Shown piece by piece: positions 1 to 9,896 of a stretch of 64,000 nucleotides of DNA. Location: assembly GCF_044341265.1 (NCBI RefSeq), contig NZ_JBIISA010000009.1, forward strand, positions 49,077 to 113,076. Direction: 5' to 3'. The notes below the pieces were generated by a model. The model saw nothing but the letters and a program-made list of their open reading frames with translations. It was not told the origin of the DNA and made no database searches. Position 1 is the stretch's first letter. Each line of letters opens with the position of its first letter. This DNA comes from Flavobacterium sp. (GTDB lineage: Bacteria > Bacteroidota > Bacteroidia > Flavobacteriales > Flavobacteriaceae). The position numbers were made by a program, and so were the translations under genes.

Positions 1-214
1 GTTTTTCATCTAAAATTTGATGAATTTCTTTGGCTTCGTATAATGTTGGTGGAATTTGGTGCAAATCTAAAACCAATCCTGTATAGATTTTACTTTTCCC
101 AAATGGAACCGCAGCACGCATTCCGATTTTGATGTAATTGTACTCGGCTTCCGAAACGCTGTAGGTGAACGTTTTGGGTAAAGAAAGCGGTAAAATTACT
201 TCAATGAAATGCAT
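1..214 (-). CDS. priA: Primosomal protein N' (5' part; runs off the window edge)
   Basis: Manual translation from the ATG at 214: MHFIEVILPLSLPKTFTYSVSEAEYNYIKIGMRAAVPFGKSKIYTG, the typical PriA N-terminal 3'-DNA-binding domain. Confidence 0.9.
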   Translation of the reverse strand, partial: MHFIEVILPLSLPKTFTYSVSEAEYNYIKIGMRAAVPFGKSKIYTGLVLDLHQIPPTLYEAKEIHQILDEK

Positions 215-219
215 TTTTT

Positions 220-260
220 AGAATAAAGAGAATAGAAAATAGATGAAAGAGACTAAAACT
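220..260. repeat. Degenerate ~7-bp purine-rich tandem repeat
   Basis: agaataa agagaat agaaaat agatgaa agagact between priA and the DUF2147 gene. Confidence 0.5.
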
Positions 261-262
261 AA

Positions 263-724
263 CTAACTTTTCACTCGTTTCCAATATTGGGTTCTTCCTA
301 AAAGAGAAATTCCAATATAACCCCGAACTTTTAGTTTGTCATTGCCTTCCAATGTGATATAACATTTGTATAGCTTACCGTTTTTTGGATCTAAAATTTT
401 TCCACCACTATATTCTTCGCCATCTTTAGTCAATCCTTTGATAAAAATCAAGCCCATAATTGGTTTATCTTTATCTGTTCCTTGACATAATGTACATTTT
501 TTGAATCGATGTTCAGCTTCTAAAATTTCAACGATTCTTCCGTAGATTTTTCCGTCTACTTCATAGATTTCTACAATGCTCTTTTCTTTACCAGTTTCAT
601 CATCAATAGTTTTCCATTTTCCTAAAACAGATTGACTTTGCACTATTTGAAAAAACAAAACAAAAAGTAAAACTAAACTATTCTTGAGTTTGAACATTTT
701 TAACGTCTTCATAACTGGATTCAT
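263..724 (-). CDS. DUF2147 domain protein (secreted)
   Basis: Signal peptide, then GKWKTIDDETG...GGKILDPKNGKLYKC...LKVRGYIGISLLGRTQYW. Confidence 0.85.
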   Translation of the reverse strand: MNPVMKTLKMFKLKNSLVLLFVLFFQIVQSQSVLGKWKTIDDETGKEKSIVEIYEVDGKIYGRIVEILEAEHRFKKCTLCQGTDKDKPIMGLIFIKGLTKDGEEYSGGKILDPKNGKLYKCYITLEGNDKLKVRGYIGISLLGRTQYWKRVKS

Positions 725-767
725 TTTTTAATTGTGATTTTTTATTATTGACTTATGACTTAATATA

Positions 768-1712
768 TTAATTTGAACTATTTTCTGCTTCTAATTCGAG
801 TGCTTTTTCTCTTTTCAGTTTTTGAATTAAGGCATTCAATTCGAATCCTAATAAAAGAATCATACAATTAATCCAAATGTAAAACATTACTACTAAAAGT
901 GTCCCAATAGAACCATAAAGTTCATTGTATTTTGAGAATTTTACTACCCAAATTCCGAAGACATAGGAAGATAAAATGATTAAAATTGTTGTAAAAACCG
1001 AACCTATTGAAATAAAGGCACGTTTGCCATTTCTTTTAATTCCGAATTTAAAGAGCAATGAAGTTGTGATTAGAATCATCAGAATTAAGAAAATATAACG
1101 ACTCATTTCAATTATTGGAATATTTTCTGAAAGTACATCTTGAATTTTAGTTTTTTGAATTAAAACCTCAAAGATTACGATTGTTGCAACAGTAATTATC
1201 AATAGTAAAGAAAGTAAAATTGACATTCCGAGCGAAACAAAATATTGTCTAAAAAAGGCACGTTTTAAAGTGATATGCTGTGAGTTTTCAAATCCTCCTA
1301 ATATTGCGTTTACACCATTAGTCATTAATAAAATAGCCATTACAACCCCAGTCGAAATTAATCCTGAATTACTATTATGAAGAATATCATCTATAATTTT
1401 TGATATTGCATCATAAGTTGTTGGTGGAACGCCATCTTTAACAAATCCGAGGAAATCTTCTTGAAAACCTTCAATTGGAATGTACGGAATCAAATTCAGA
1501 ATAAACAAAGCAAAAGGAAACAACGCCATAAAGAAACTGAAGGCAATTGCAGCAGCACGATAAGACAAAGCGCCTTCTATAATTCCTGTAATGTATAACT
1601 CTAAAAGTTCATATAACGACAACCCATGTAGCCAAGGCAATTTGATTGAATTACCAAAAGCTATAAGTTGCTTAATTACTGGAAAACCTTTTATTTTTTC
1701 TTCGAGAGTCAT
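768..1712 (-). CDS. YihY/virulence factor BrkB family membrane protein
   Basis: RAAAIAFSFFMALFP and YNELYGSIGTLLVVMFYIW motifs; multiple TM segments. Confidence 0.85.
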   Translation of the reverse strand: MTLEEKIKGFPVIKQLIAFGNSIKLPWLHGLSLYELLELYITGIIEGALSYRAAAIAFSFFMALFPFALFILNLIPYIPIEGFQEDFLGFVKDGVPPTTYDAISKIIDDILHNSNSGLISTGVVMAILLMTNGVNAILGGFENSQHITLKRAFFRQYFVSLGMSILLSLLLIITVATIVIFEVLIQKTKIQDVLSENIPIIEMSRYIFLILMILITTSLLFKFGIKRNGKRAFISIGSVFTTILIILSSYVFGIWVVKFSKYNELYGSIGTLLVVMFYIWINCMILLLGFELNALIQKLKREKALELEAENSSN

Positions 1713-1716
1713 TTTT

Positions 1717-2574
1717 TTAGATTGCTTTTAAGCTTAAATCCATGTTATAAACAGAATGTGTCAAAGCACCAGATGAAATGTAATTCACTCCACACTCAGC
1801 ATATTGACGAATGGTATTTTCATTGATGTTTCCTGATGATTCAGTTAAACATTTTGTTCCAATTAATTCGACAGCTTTTTTGGTATCATCAAAATTAAAA
1901 TTGTCGATTAAAATTCTATAAACCCCATCGTTTTGCAAAATTTCTTTTATTTCATCAAGATTTCTAGCTTCAACTATAATTTTTAAATCTTTATTGTTGG
2001 CTTTTAGATATTCTTTTGTTTTGTTGATTGCTTTTGTAATTCCACCAGCAAAATCGTTGTGATTGTCTTTTAGCATTACCATATCGTACAAAGCAAATCG
2101 GTGATTTTCACCTCCACCAATTTTTACAGCCCATTTTTCACAAGCTCTAAAACCTGGCGTTGTTTTTCTTGTGTCGAGAACTTTTGTATTTGTTCCTTCC
2201 AGCAAATCAACATATTTTCTTGTTTTAGTTGCAATCGCACTCATTCTTTGCATCGAATTCAACACTAATCGTTCTGCTTTTAAAATTGATTGCGAACTTC
2301 CCGAAACATGGAAAACTACGTCGCCATATTTCACTGTTGAACCATCATTGATAAACGTTTCTACTTTCATGTTGGCATCAACATAATTGAAAACCATTTT
2401 AGCAAACTCTACTCCGGCAATAATTCCATTGTCTTTTACTAATAGTTTAGCTTTTCCTTGTGCATCAGCCGGAATACATGCTAGTGAAGAATGATCGCCA
2501 TCGCCAACATCTTCTCGAATGGCATTTTGTATAATTAATTGGAGTTCGTTTTGAATTTGTGCTTCTGAAATCAT
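1717..2574 (-). CDS. nadC: Nicotinate-nucleotide diphosphorylase (carboxylating)
   Basis: EDVGDGDH, LDTRKTTPG, GGGENHR, MLKDNH, ILIDNF, ISSGALTHS motifs. Confidence 0.97.
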   Translation of the reverse strand: MISEAQIQNELQLIIQNAIREDVGDGDHSSLACIPADAQGKAKLLVKDNGIIAGVEFAKMVFNYVDANMKVETFINDGSTVKYGDVVFHVSGSSQSILKAERLVLNSMQRMSAIATKTRKYVDLLEGTNTKVLDTRKTTPGFRACEKWAVKIGGGENHRFALYDMVMLKDNHNDFAGGITKAINKTKEYLKANNKDLKIIVEARNLDEIKEILQNDGVYRILIDNFNFDDTKKAVELIGTKCLTESSGNINENTIRQYAECGVNYISSGALTHSVYNMDLSLKAI

Positions 2575-2714
2575 AATCTAAATTTGAATGGCTAAAATAA
2601 TTAAAAATGTTGATTTGCGTTATGATATAAATCTGAAATTATAAATAGATTAACTAAAAATATTCAATTACATTTTTTTATACATTTGATAGCCTTTAAT
2701 AACTTCAAAAACTC

Positions 2715-4355
2715 ATGAAGAATAGTAATTATTTTATACTTTCTCTTTACATTCTTCTGCTGATTAACGGCTGCAAATCTATTGTCACAAAGCAAATTAA
2801 AAAAAACAGCATTGTCGAAGAAGTTGAAGCAAAAATTCCACCATTTGAATATAGAAGATCTGAACAAGATTCTATTTTATTGAAACGTTTTTTAGGTCAT
2901 TACAAAGATATTTATAATAAAGACTCAACACAGTTAAATTATTATAGTGCCGAAATATTTTACGAAAAAGATTCCATTTTTAAAGTTATAAATCTTTATG
3001 GAGAGTATGTTGGAGCAACCTATAATCCAGTTGCTGAAAGTCATATTGTTTATAGAAATAACTTGTATAAGGAATATATTAGTGGCGAAACCTTTAGAAT
3101 TGATAAATTATCGCCTTCTAAATACCTTTTATATACCGATGATTATAATAGATTATCAAGTAATTTTCATTTTTATAACGTAACATTTAACAACGATTCT
3201 ATAGTAATTGAAGAAACTAGAGAACACAAAAATTTCATTTATAGTTTTATTGACAAGAAAAAAGAATCAATGGATAACTATCTTGAAGAGATAAAAAATT
3301 CAAGAAAATTGGAAAAAAATGAACTTTATCAACTTGGAATAGATTCTACAAAAGTTGAAGTCAATGAAAAATATTACAGATCACCTGATGCCTTTTTATC
3401 TAGAGAAAATCCATACTATTATGGCTCGATTTATTATCGTCAAAAATATGGTGATGAAACTATGAAAGTGCTTCAATTCAATCATAATGACACTATAAAA
3501 GAAATTACTTTAGGAATAGTTGGAGGTGATTCTGATAGTTATAAAATGACTTCAGAGTTTGTAAACGATTCAATTTTCATTCAATCACTTGTTAATCAAG
3601 AAACTATTGTAGACACCAATGATACAATGGGATATGCATTTGACTCTATTGTGACAAAATTCAAATACAATGAAAGATTTGAATTAGATACCTTTATTAA
3701 AGACACTTTTAAATATAAAAAATACCAATTCAAAAAATATGGTGCTCCAGCAGAAAATCATATTTATTATAGTAAGCCAATCAAAATCAATAATCTTGAA
3801 TGTTATTGGGAGACTAAAGTCGAAATTACTTTTGATGACAATAAAAAACCTTTAAAAGCCAAAAATATTACACGAAAATTAATCAATAGTAAAACTAGAA
3901 AGACTCTTTTGATTTCTCAACCAGACATGATTATTCGTGATGAAAAGAGTTTATTCTATTCGTCATCTGATGATTTTAAAGATTTCAATTTTGATGGATA
4001 TGCAGATTTTTCAATTTATAACTCTACAAGTTCAGGAGCTAGTCATGCATTTTATGACAACTATCTATTCAATCCTAAGACTAAGAAATTTGATTACAGC
4101 AAAAAACTATCTGGTTCAGAAATAACTGTCGATAACAAATTAAGAACCATAACTTTATACTACAATATGGGAAGGTCTTATCATGTTGAACATATCATCC
4201 ATTATGATTTAAAAGGTAAAATTCTATTTGAAGAAAAATTCATTGAAGAATTATTAAAAGAAAAAAACGCAGACGAATATTACTATTTGAAAACGTATCA
4301 AAAAATTAAAAAAAATAAAATTATTTTGAAAGAAATAGAAAAAGAAAAAATCTGA
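2715..4355 (+). CDS. Hypothetical lipoprotein; C-terminal region has a DxNxDG motif (XAC2610-like)
   Basis: 546-aa ORF; lipobox-like LLLINGC; DFNFDGYADF...YLFNPKTKKF near the C-terminus; very AT-rich. Confidence 0.7.
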   Translation: MKNSNYFILSLYILLLINGCKSIVTKQIKKNSIVEEVEAKIPPFEYRRSEQDSILLKRFLGHYKDIYNKDSTQLNYYSAEIFYEKDSIFKVINLYGEYVGATYNPVAESHIVYRNNLYKEYISGETFRIDKLSPSKYLLYTDDYNRLSSNFHFYNVTFNNDSIVIEETREHKNFIYSFIDKKKESMDNYLEEIKNSRKLEKNELYQLGIDSTKVEVNEKYYRSPDAFLSRENPYYYGSIYYRQKYGDETMKVLQFNHNDTIKEITLGIVGGDSDSYKMTSEFVNDSIFIQSLVNQETIVDTNDTMGYAFDSIVTKFKYNERFELDTFIKDTFKYKKYQFKKYGAPAENHIYYSKPIKINNLECYWETKVEITFDDNKKPLKAKNITRKLINSKTRKTLLISQPDMIIRDEKSLFYSSSDDFKDFNFDGYADFSIYNSTSSGASHAFYDNYLFNPKTKKFDYSKKLSGSEITVDNKLRTITLYYNMGRSYHVEHIIHYDLKGKILFEEKFIEELLKEKNADEYYYLKTYQKIKKNKIILKEIEKEKI

Positions 4356-4424
4356 GCAGATAAAACTGTAATTCTTACAAATATTTACTACATTTACTTA
4401 TTAGCAATATTAAAACCATAAATC

Positions 4425-4535
4425 ATGGCAAAAAGTCAAGACGCAAAGAAAACCGTAAAAAAGGAACCTCTTAAAACGGCGAAAGAGAAAAAAGAAGAAA
4501 AAAGAATTAAGAAAAACACTCCGAAAAGAGATTAA
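4425..4535 (+). CDS. Small Lys-rich protein, 36 aa (not in the ORF track)
   Basis: MAKSQDAKKTVKKEPLKTAKEKKEEKRIKKNTPKRD*; A-rich initiation context; followed at once by a strong terminator. Confidence 0.7.
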   Translation: MAKSQDAKKTVKKEPLKTAKEKKEEKRIKKNTPKRD

Positions 4536-4539
4536 ATAG

Positions 4540-4571
4540 AAAAGGCACAAATTTTAAAGTTTGTGCCTTTT
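4540..4571. terminator. Bidirectional intrinsic terminator
   Basis: aaaaggcacaaa-ttttaaag-tttgtgcctttt, perfect 12-bp stem between convergent genes. Confidence 0.85.
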
Positions 4572-4588
4572 AATTTTTGAAATTTATA

Positions 4589-5065
4589 TTAAAATTTATA
4601 TTCAGTTCCAATGAATATTCCGCTAATGCTTACATCTCCCATTCCCATGGAATATTTTGCATTTATTCCGAAATCCTCTGAAATTTCATAAGTAGCACCA
4701 AAATCTAAATTTAGTTTAAATTGATCTTCTGTTGCATCAAGATAATAATTCAAACTTGGTCCAGCTAAAACACCAAATTTTTCAGAAACAGAATATTTTC
4801 CTAAGATAGGAACACTCAAAAAATTGAAATCTGTAATAGCTACAAACAAAAGTTCTGGTTGCACAGAAAAAGATTCTGAAACTCCAATATTTGCAAATCC
4901 ACCTGCAAAGTATCCTGTTTCACTTGCTGTTGCAGTTGTTCCTCCAATTTTTACTTTAACTGTTGCTATGTCAACACCAGCTTTTGCACCAAAAGTTGTT
5001 TCTTGTGCATTTGAATAAAAAATTGTTCCTAATAAAATTGCTGTAAAAAATAATTTTTTCATCAT
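4589..5065 (-). CDS. Small outer-membrane beta-barrel protein (PorT/porin-like family)
   Basis: Signal peptide, FGAKAG, VQPELLF, alternating beta-strand pattern, C-terminal aromatic YKF. Confidence 0.75.
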   Translation of the reverse strand: MMKKLFFTAILLGTIFYSNAQETTFGAKAGVDIATVKVKIGGTTATASETGYFAGGFANIGVSESFSVQPELLFVAITDFNFLSVPILGKYSVSEKFGVLAGPSLNYYLDATEDQFKLNLDFGATYEISEDFGINAKYSMGMGDVSISGIFIGTEYKF

Positions 5066-5140
5066 GAAAATATTTAAAGATTAGTATGATGTAAAACTAT
5101 TTTACTTTGAAAAAACATGAAATACGTATAAAATCGTATT

Positions 5141-6544
5141 TTAAACTTCATCAGGAAATATCTTTCCAGGATTTAAAATATTGTTTGGGTCAAAGACATA
5201 TTTAATGCGTTCCATTAATTCTAAATGAACTTTTGAAAAAGCAATATCCATAAAGTTTTTTTGAACAAAACCAATTCCGTGTTCGCCAGAAAGTGTTCCT
5301 TTTAGAGCAACAGTTAATTCAAATATTTCACGAATTCCTTTAGGCACTTCTTTCTCCCAATTTTCATCATTCATTTCACCTTTAATGATATTTACATGCA
5401 AATTTCCATCACCTGCATGACCATAACAAACCGATTTGAATCCGTATTTATTTCCTATTTTTTTGATTCCGTTTAATAATTCAGGTAACACATATCTAGG
5501 AACAACAGTATCTTCTTCTTTATAAATTGAATTCGATTTTACTGCTTCAGCAACAGAACGTCTCATTTTCCAAAGTGCATTTTTTTGATCTTCAGTATCA
5601 GCAAATAAAACCTCATCTATTTCAAATTGTTCCACAACTGACATAATTTTTTCAGCTTCCGAAAAAAGAATTTCTGGATAATTTCCGTCAACTTCAATCA
5701 ATAAATGTGCTTGAACATTGTCTTTGACAGTGATGTTGATATTGTCATTGTATTTCAATGTCCAATCAATGGCATCGCGTTCCATAAACTCTAAAGCACT
5801 TGGAATAATTCCGGCTCTAAAAATGGCAGAAACGGCTTCACACGCTTGACTTGCTTTGAAAAAAGGAACCAACATTAAAACATTATGTGTGTTTTGAGGA
5901 AGAAGTTTGAGTACAATTTTAGTAATAACACCCAAAGTACCTTCACTACCAACCATTAGTTGAGTAAGATTATATCCTGTAGAATTTTTTAAGGTATTTG
6001 CACCTGTCCAGATGATCTCTCCGTTGGGTAAAACTACTTCCAAGTTTATTACATAATCCTTAGTAACACCATATTTAACGGCACGAGCACCACCAGAATT
6101 TTCAGCAACATTTCCTCCAATCCAGCAACTTCCTTGACTACTTGGATCGACTGGATAAAACAAACCTTTCTCTGCAACTGCTTCACGTAAAACTTGAGTA
6201 ATTACTGCAGGCTCGGCAGTAACTTGAAGGTTTTGTTCGTCAATTTCAATTATTTTGTTCAAACGTTCCATTGAAAGCCCAATTCCTTGATAAATAGACA
6301 AAGCACCGCCACTCAATCCAGTTCTTGCACCGATTGGTGTTGTTGGAATTTTATATTCGTTGGCAACTTTCAAGATTTCTGAAATTTCCTTAGTATTTGC
6401 TGGTTTTAATACAACATTTGGAGGAAAAACATAATCTTCGGTTTCATCGTGACCATAATGATTGCGCGTTTCTATATCGGTAAAAATATAAGACTCACCT
6501 ACTATAGACGTTAGCTTATTTAATATTTCTGGATTTAATTGCAT
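5141..6544 (-). CDS. FAD-binding oxidoreductase (GlcD/D-lactate dehydrogenase family)
   Basis: GARTGLSGGA, IGGNVAENSGG, GSEGTLG, GHAGDGNLH, SGEHGIG, LNPGK motifs. Confidence 0.9.
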   Translation of the reverse strand: MQLNPEILNKLTSIVGESYIFTDIETRNHYGHDETEDYVFPPNVVLKPANTKEISEILKVANEYKIPTTPIGARTGLSGGALSIYQGIGLSMERLNKIIEIDEQNLQVTAEPAVITQVLREAVAEKGLFYPVDPSSQGSCWIGGNVAENSGGARAVKYGVTKDYVINLEVVLPNGEIIWTGANTLKNSTGYNLTQLMVGSEGTLGVITKIVLKLLPQNTHNVLMLVPFFKASQACEAVSAIFRAGIIPSALEFMERDAIDWTLKYNDNINITVKDNVQAHLLIEVDGNYPEILFSEAEKIMSVVEQFEIDEVLFADTEDQKNALWKMRRSVAEAVKSNSIYKEEDTVVPRYVLPELLNGIKKIGNKYGFKSVCYGHAGDGNLHVNIIKGEMNDENWEKEVPKGIREIFELTVALKGTLSGEHGIGFVQKNFMDIAFSKVHLELMERIKYVFDPNNILNPGKIFPDEV

Positions 6545-6564
6545 TTTGTATAAATTGTGAAGTA

Positions 6565-6605
6565 AAAATAGAAAAAGAAAATAGAATAGAGAATAAAGAA
6601 AATAG
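6565..6605. repeat. Degenerate ~7-bp purine-rich tandem repeat
   Basis: aaaatagaaaaagaaaatagaatagagaataaagaaaatag. Confidence 0.5.
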
Positions 6606-6666
6606 ATTTTTAAAGCTTAATTGCTTTTGAAATTTTTCATTTACAAAATACGACCTCAAACTAGCC

Positions 6667-7877
6667 TTAATCTATCTTTTTTTTCAAATTTGGTAAAAAA
6701 TAACAAATGATACCTATTAGTGGAAGGAAAGAACAAACGTGGTAAACGTATTGTATTGAAGTTGCATCGGCAAGTTTTCCAAGTAAAGCTGAGCCTAATG
6801 CACCCATTCCGAAGGCAAAACCATAGAATAATCCGGAGACCATTCCGAGTTTTTTGGGAACTAACTCTTGCGCATAAACCAAAATTGCAGGAAAAGCTGA
6901 AGAAATGATTATTCCGATTACAACCATTAAAACATCAGTCCAAAATAAATCTACATAAGGTAATGCTAAAGCAAATGGAAATGCTCCAAAAACTGATAAC
7001 CAAATAACATATTTCCTTCCAATTTTATCGCCTAAAGGTCCACCAAGAATGGTTCCAACTGCATACGAAAACAAGTAAATAAACATGTGAAACTGCGCTT
7101 GTTTTATAGTTAACCCAAATTTATCAATGATATAAAATTGATAATAACTTGAAAGACTTGCCGAATAGAAAAACTTTGAAAAAATTACTATTAATAAAAT
7201 CGCAATAGAAATTTGAACTTTCTTTTTAGGCAGATTGTGCAAATCGATGAAAGGTTGGACTTTATTTTTTCTAAAAACAAGATGTTCTTTGTACCAAAAG
7301 GCAATTTTGCTTAAAATAAGTAGTCCTAAAGCGGCAACAATAACAAACCAAAGGATATACTTTTGAGAATTAGGAACAACAATTAAAGCAACCAAAAGTG
7401 GTCCAAGAGCCGTTCCGAAGTTGCCTCCTACTTGAAAAATAGATTGTGCCAAACCGCGTTTTCCGCCAGAAGCTAAATTAGAAATTCGAGCCGACTCAGG
7501 ATGAAAAATAGACGAACCAGTTCCAATTAAAACTACAGAAGCAATTATCCAATAAAAATTATTGGCAAAAGAAATTGAAATGATTCCTGCCATTGAAAAA
7601 AGCATTCCATAAATTTGAGAAAATGTTTTGGATTTTTATCGGTGTAATAACCAACCAAAGGTTGAAAAATTGAGGCAGAAAATTGAAAAGCAAAAGTGAT
7701 TAATCCGATTTGAGAAAATGTTAGATGATAACTTTCCTTAATTATTGGATAAATAGATGGAATAATGGCTTGAATTAAATCGTTGAGCAAGTGAGCAAAA
7801 CTGATAGAAAACAGAATAGAGTAAACCGTTTTATTAAGTAAATCCTCTTTGTTTAATGTTGCAGATTGATTTTGCAC
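6667..7877 (-). pseudogene. fsr: Fsr-type (fosmidomycin resistance) MFS transporter split by a 1-bp deletion near 7625, or a sequencing error
   Basis: Two overlapping ORFs (7545-7949, 6667-7605) carry consecutive Fsr segments (AHLLNDLIQ...QPLVGYYTDK; IFHPESAR, GPLGDKIGRK). Restoring one C in aaa-cat-ttt gives NPKPFSQIYGMLFSMAG in frame. Likely GTG start at 7877, downstream of a TATTTTTG -7 box. Confidence 0.8.
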
Positions 7878-7994
7878 AGTTGTAAATTTTGATACTGCAA
7901 AAATACTTTTTTTAACGGCAAAGAAGCAAAATTTTATTGCAAAGTTCATAACGAAAATATTTTACCTAAATTTGTAATAGAAATACCATTACTA

Positions 7995-9077
7995 TTGGAA
8001 CAATCATCAAAAAAATCGGCTTTATCGGAAAAAGATGGCGTTAATCAACCACAGAGTTTGAGTAATTCTTCGGTTGAAGTAATTAAACAAATGCGAAGAA
8101 AACAACCTTCTGCGCAAGAGTTGATTGATGGTATTTTGGCAAAAGATAAAGTAGCTTTAAGTCGAGCCATTACACTCGTAGAAAGTACCAATCCTGAACA
8201 TTTAGAAAAAGCTAATGCTATAATTCAAGCGTGTTTACCTCATGCCAATAAATCAATACGCATAGGAATTACAGGCGTTCCTGGAGTAGGAAAAAGTACT
8301 TTTATAGAAGCTTTTGGAAAACATATCACTTCCTTAGGAAGAAAAGTTGCCGTTTTGGCTGTCGATCCAAGTAGTACCATTTCTCACGGAAGTATTCTTG
8401 GTGATAAAACCCGAATGGAAGAATTGGTAAAAGATGAAAATGCATTTATTCGTCCGAGTGCTTCTGGTGAAACACTTGGCGGAGTTGCAAGAAAAACACG
8501 TGAAACCATAATTCTTTGTGAAGCCTGCGGATTTGATACAATTATCATTGAAACTGTTGGCGTTGGACAGAGCGAAACTGCTGTTCATAGTATGGTGGAT
8601 TTCTTTTTACTTTTGAAAATTTCTGGTGCAGGTGATGAATTACAAGGCATAAAACGTGGTATCATGGAAATGGCAGATGCAATTGTAATCAATAAAGCCG
8701 ATGGTGATAATATTGCAAAAGCTAAATTAGCCAAAACGGAATTCAACAGAGCATTACATTTATTCCCAGCAAAGCAAAGTGGATGGATTCCAACTGCGGC
8801 AACTTGTAGTTCTTATACCAAAGAAGGAATTGATGAGGTCTGGAAAACCATTTCAGATTATTTCGAATTGGTAAAAACGAATCATTATTTTCAAGAAAAA
8901 CGTCAAAATCAGAACCAATTTTGGATGATGGAAACTATAAATGAGCAATTAAAATCAAACTTCTACAATCATCCAGAAATTATTAAACAATTAGAAGAAA
9001 ACAAAAAAGCAGTGCAAAACGATGAAATTTCACCCTTTGCAGCTGCTATGAATTTGTTGAAAAAGTATTTTAGATAA
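7995..9077 (+). CDS. meaB: Methylmalonyl-CoA mutase-associated GTPase MeaB/ArgK
   Basis: GITGVPGVGKST, AVDPSS, LGDKTRM, ETVGVGQSE, GAGDELQGIKRGIME, NKAD. Confidence 0.93.
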   Translation: MEQSSKKSALSEKDGVNQPQSLSNSSVEVIKQMRRKQPSAQELIDGILAKDKVALSRAITLVESTNPEHLEKANAIIQACLPHANKSIRIGITGVPGVGKSTFIEAFGKHITSLGRKVAVLAVDPSSTISHGSILGDKTRMEELVKDENAFIRPSASGETLGGVARKTRETIILCEACGFDTIIIETVGVGQSETAVHSMVDFFLLLKISGAGDELQGIKRGIMEMADAIVINKADGDNIAKAKLAKTEFNRALHLFPAKQSGWIPTAATCSSYTKEGIDEVWKTISDYFELVKTNHYFQEKRQNQNQFWMMETINEQLKSNFYNHPEIIKQLEENKKAVQNDEISPFAAAMNLLKKYFR

Positions 9078-9305
9078 TTACTCTTCGTAAGCTTCCATTT
9101 CTTTATCGTAGAATTCTCCTGCTAGTGTAATTAAATGTTCCATTTCCGATTCTAATTCGGTTTCGTCTTCTCCTTCTAAATCTTCTAAAAACTCCACTTC
9201 ATCGTCTTTCAAATTGATTATAAAACGTGGAAAATCTAAATGTATAACGAATATATCATCTGGAAAATCGGAGTTGTCGGCTAGTACAAACTTTGGTAAT
9301 TGCAT
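9078..9305 (-). CDS. Conserved acidic hypothetical protein (75 aa)
   Basis: Clean ORF MQLPKFVLADNS...PRFII, co-oriented 12 bp downstream of the HNH gene. Confidence 0.7.
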   Translation of the reverse strand: MQLPKFVLADNSDFPDDIFVIHLDFPRFIINLKDDEVEFLEDLEGEDETELESEMEHLITLAGEFYDKEMEAYEE

Positions 9306-9317
9306 AGTATTTATTTT

Positions 9318-9896
9318 TTAAACTTTAATGTGTCCCCAATTTTCACCGGTTCTTATGCGATATAATTGTTGGGTTGTGATATTGAATTGTTTTGCAATCA
9401 TCACCAAACGAGTTTTATTGTCTGGTCGTTGCAACATTTTTTTTATTCTTATTACTTGTGTTGAAGTTAACTTAGCTCCATCAGCTTTTTTGTTAAATTC
9501 GATAATTCGAGCTTTATTTGCTATTACGTTAGGGTTTTTTGATTGAAAATCAATTTGTTCTCTTCTTGTTGCCCATATCAAATTTTCAACTCTATCATTG
9601 TCTTTACTAAAGTCTAAATGTATTACCATGGTTCGTTCTGGATTATCATTTGGAATAAAATATTGAGCTACTAATTTATAAACTAGAAAACCTTTGTCTT
9701 TTCGTTTGCCATTTTCTCTAGTTTGATACCTAAAAACTCTGAAACCTTCAGTTATCGCGCATTTTATTTCTCTTCCACTCAAAAAATCATCTGTATAACT
9801 AATGATTCTTCCTTGATTGGAAACAGCATATTTCTTTTGCAATGGATGTTCAATAATAATTTGTTTGAACTCTTCTCCTCTATTCAGTTGTATCAT
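9318..9896 (-). CDS. NUMOD4 + HNH-like domain protein with a C-terminal HTH-like tail
   Basis: YAVSNQGRI (NUMOD4), VIHLDFSKDNDRVENLIWAT (HNH_3-like), IAKQFNITTQQLYRIRTGENWGH (HTH). Confidence 0.75.
   Translation of the reverse strand: MIQLNRGEEFKQIIIEHPLQKKYAVSNQGRIISYTDDFLSGREIKCAITEGFRVFRYQTRENGKRKDKGFLVYKLVAQYFIPNDNPERTMVIHLDFSKDNDRVENLIWATRREQIDFQSKNPNVIANKARIIEFNKKADGAKLTSTQVIRIKKMLQRPDNKTRLVMIAKQFNITTQQLYRIRTGENWGHIKV

Noticed and set aside
7878-7949. Upstream extensions given by the ORF track (fsr 7949, DUF6929 12235, lipoprotein 21577, natA-like 27006, grpE 28954, SIMPL 52605, rocD 58347)
   Set aside because: They run through promoter boxes, terminators or neighbouring genes; downstream starts fit the family N-termini better
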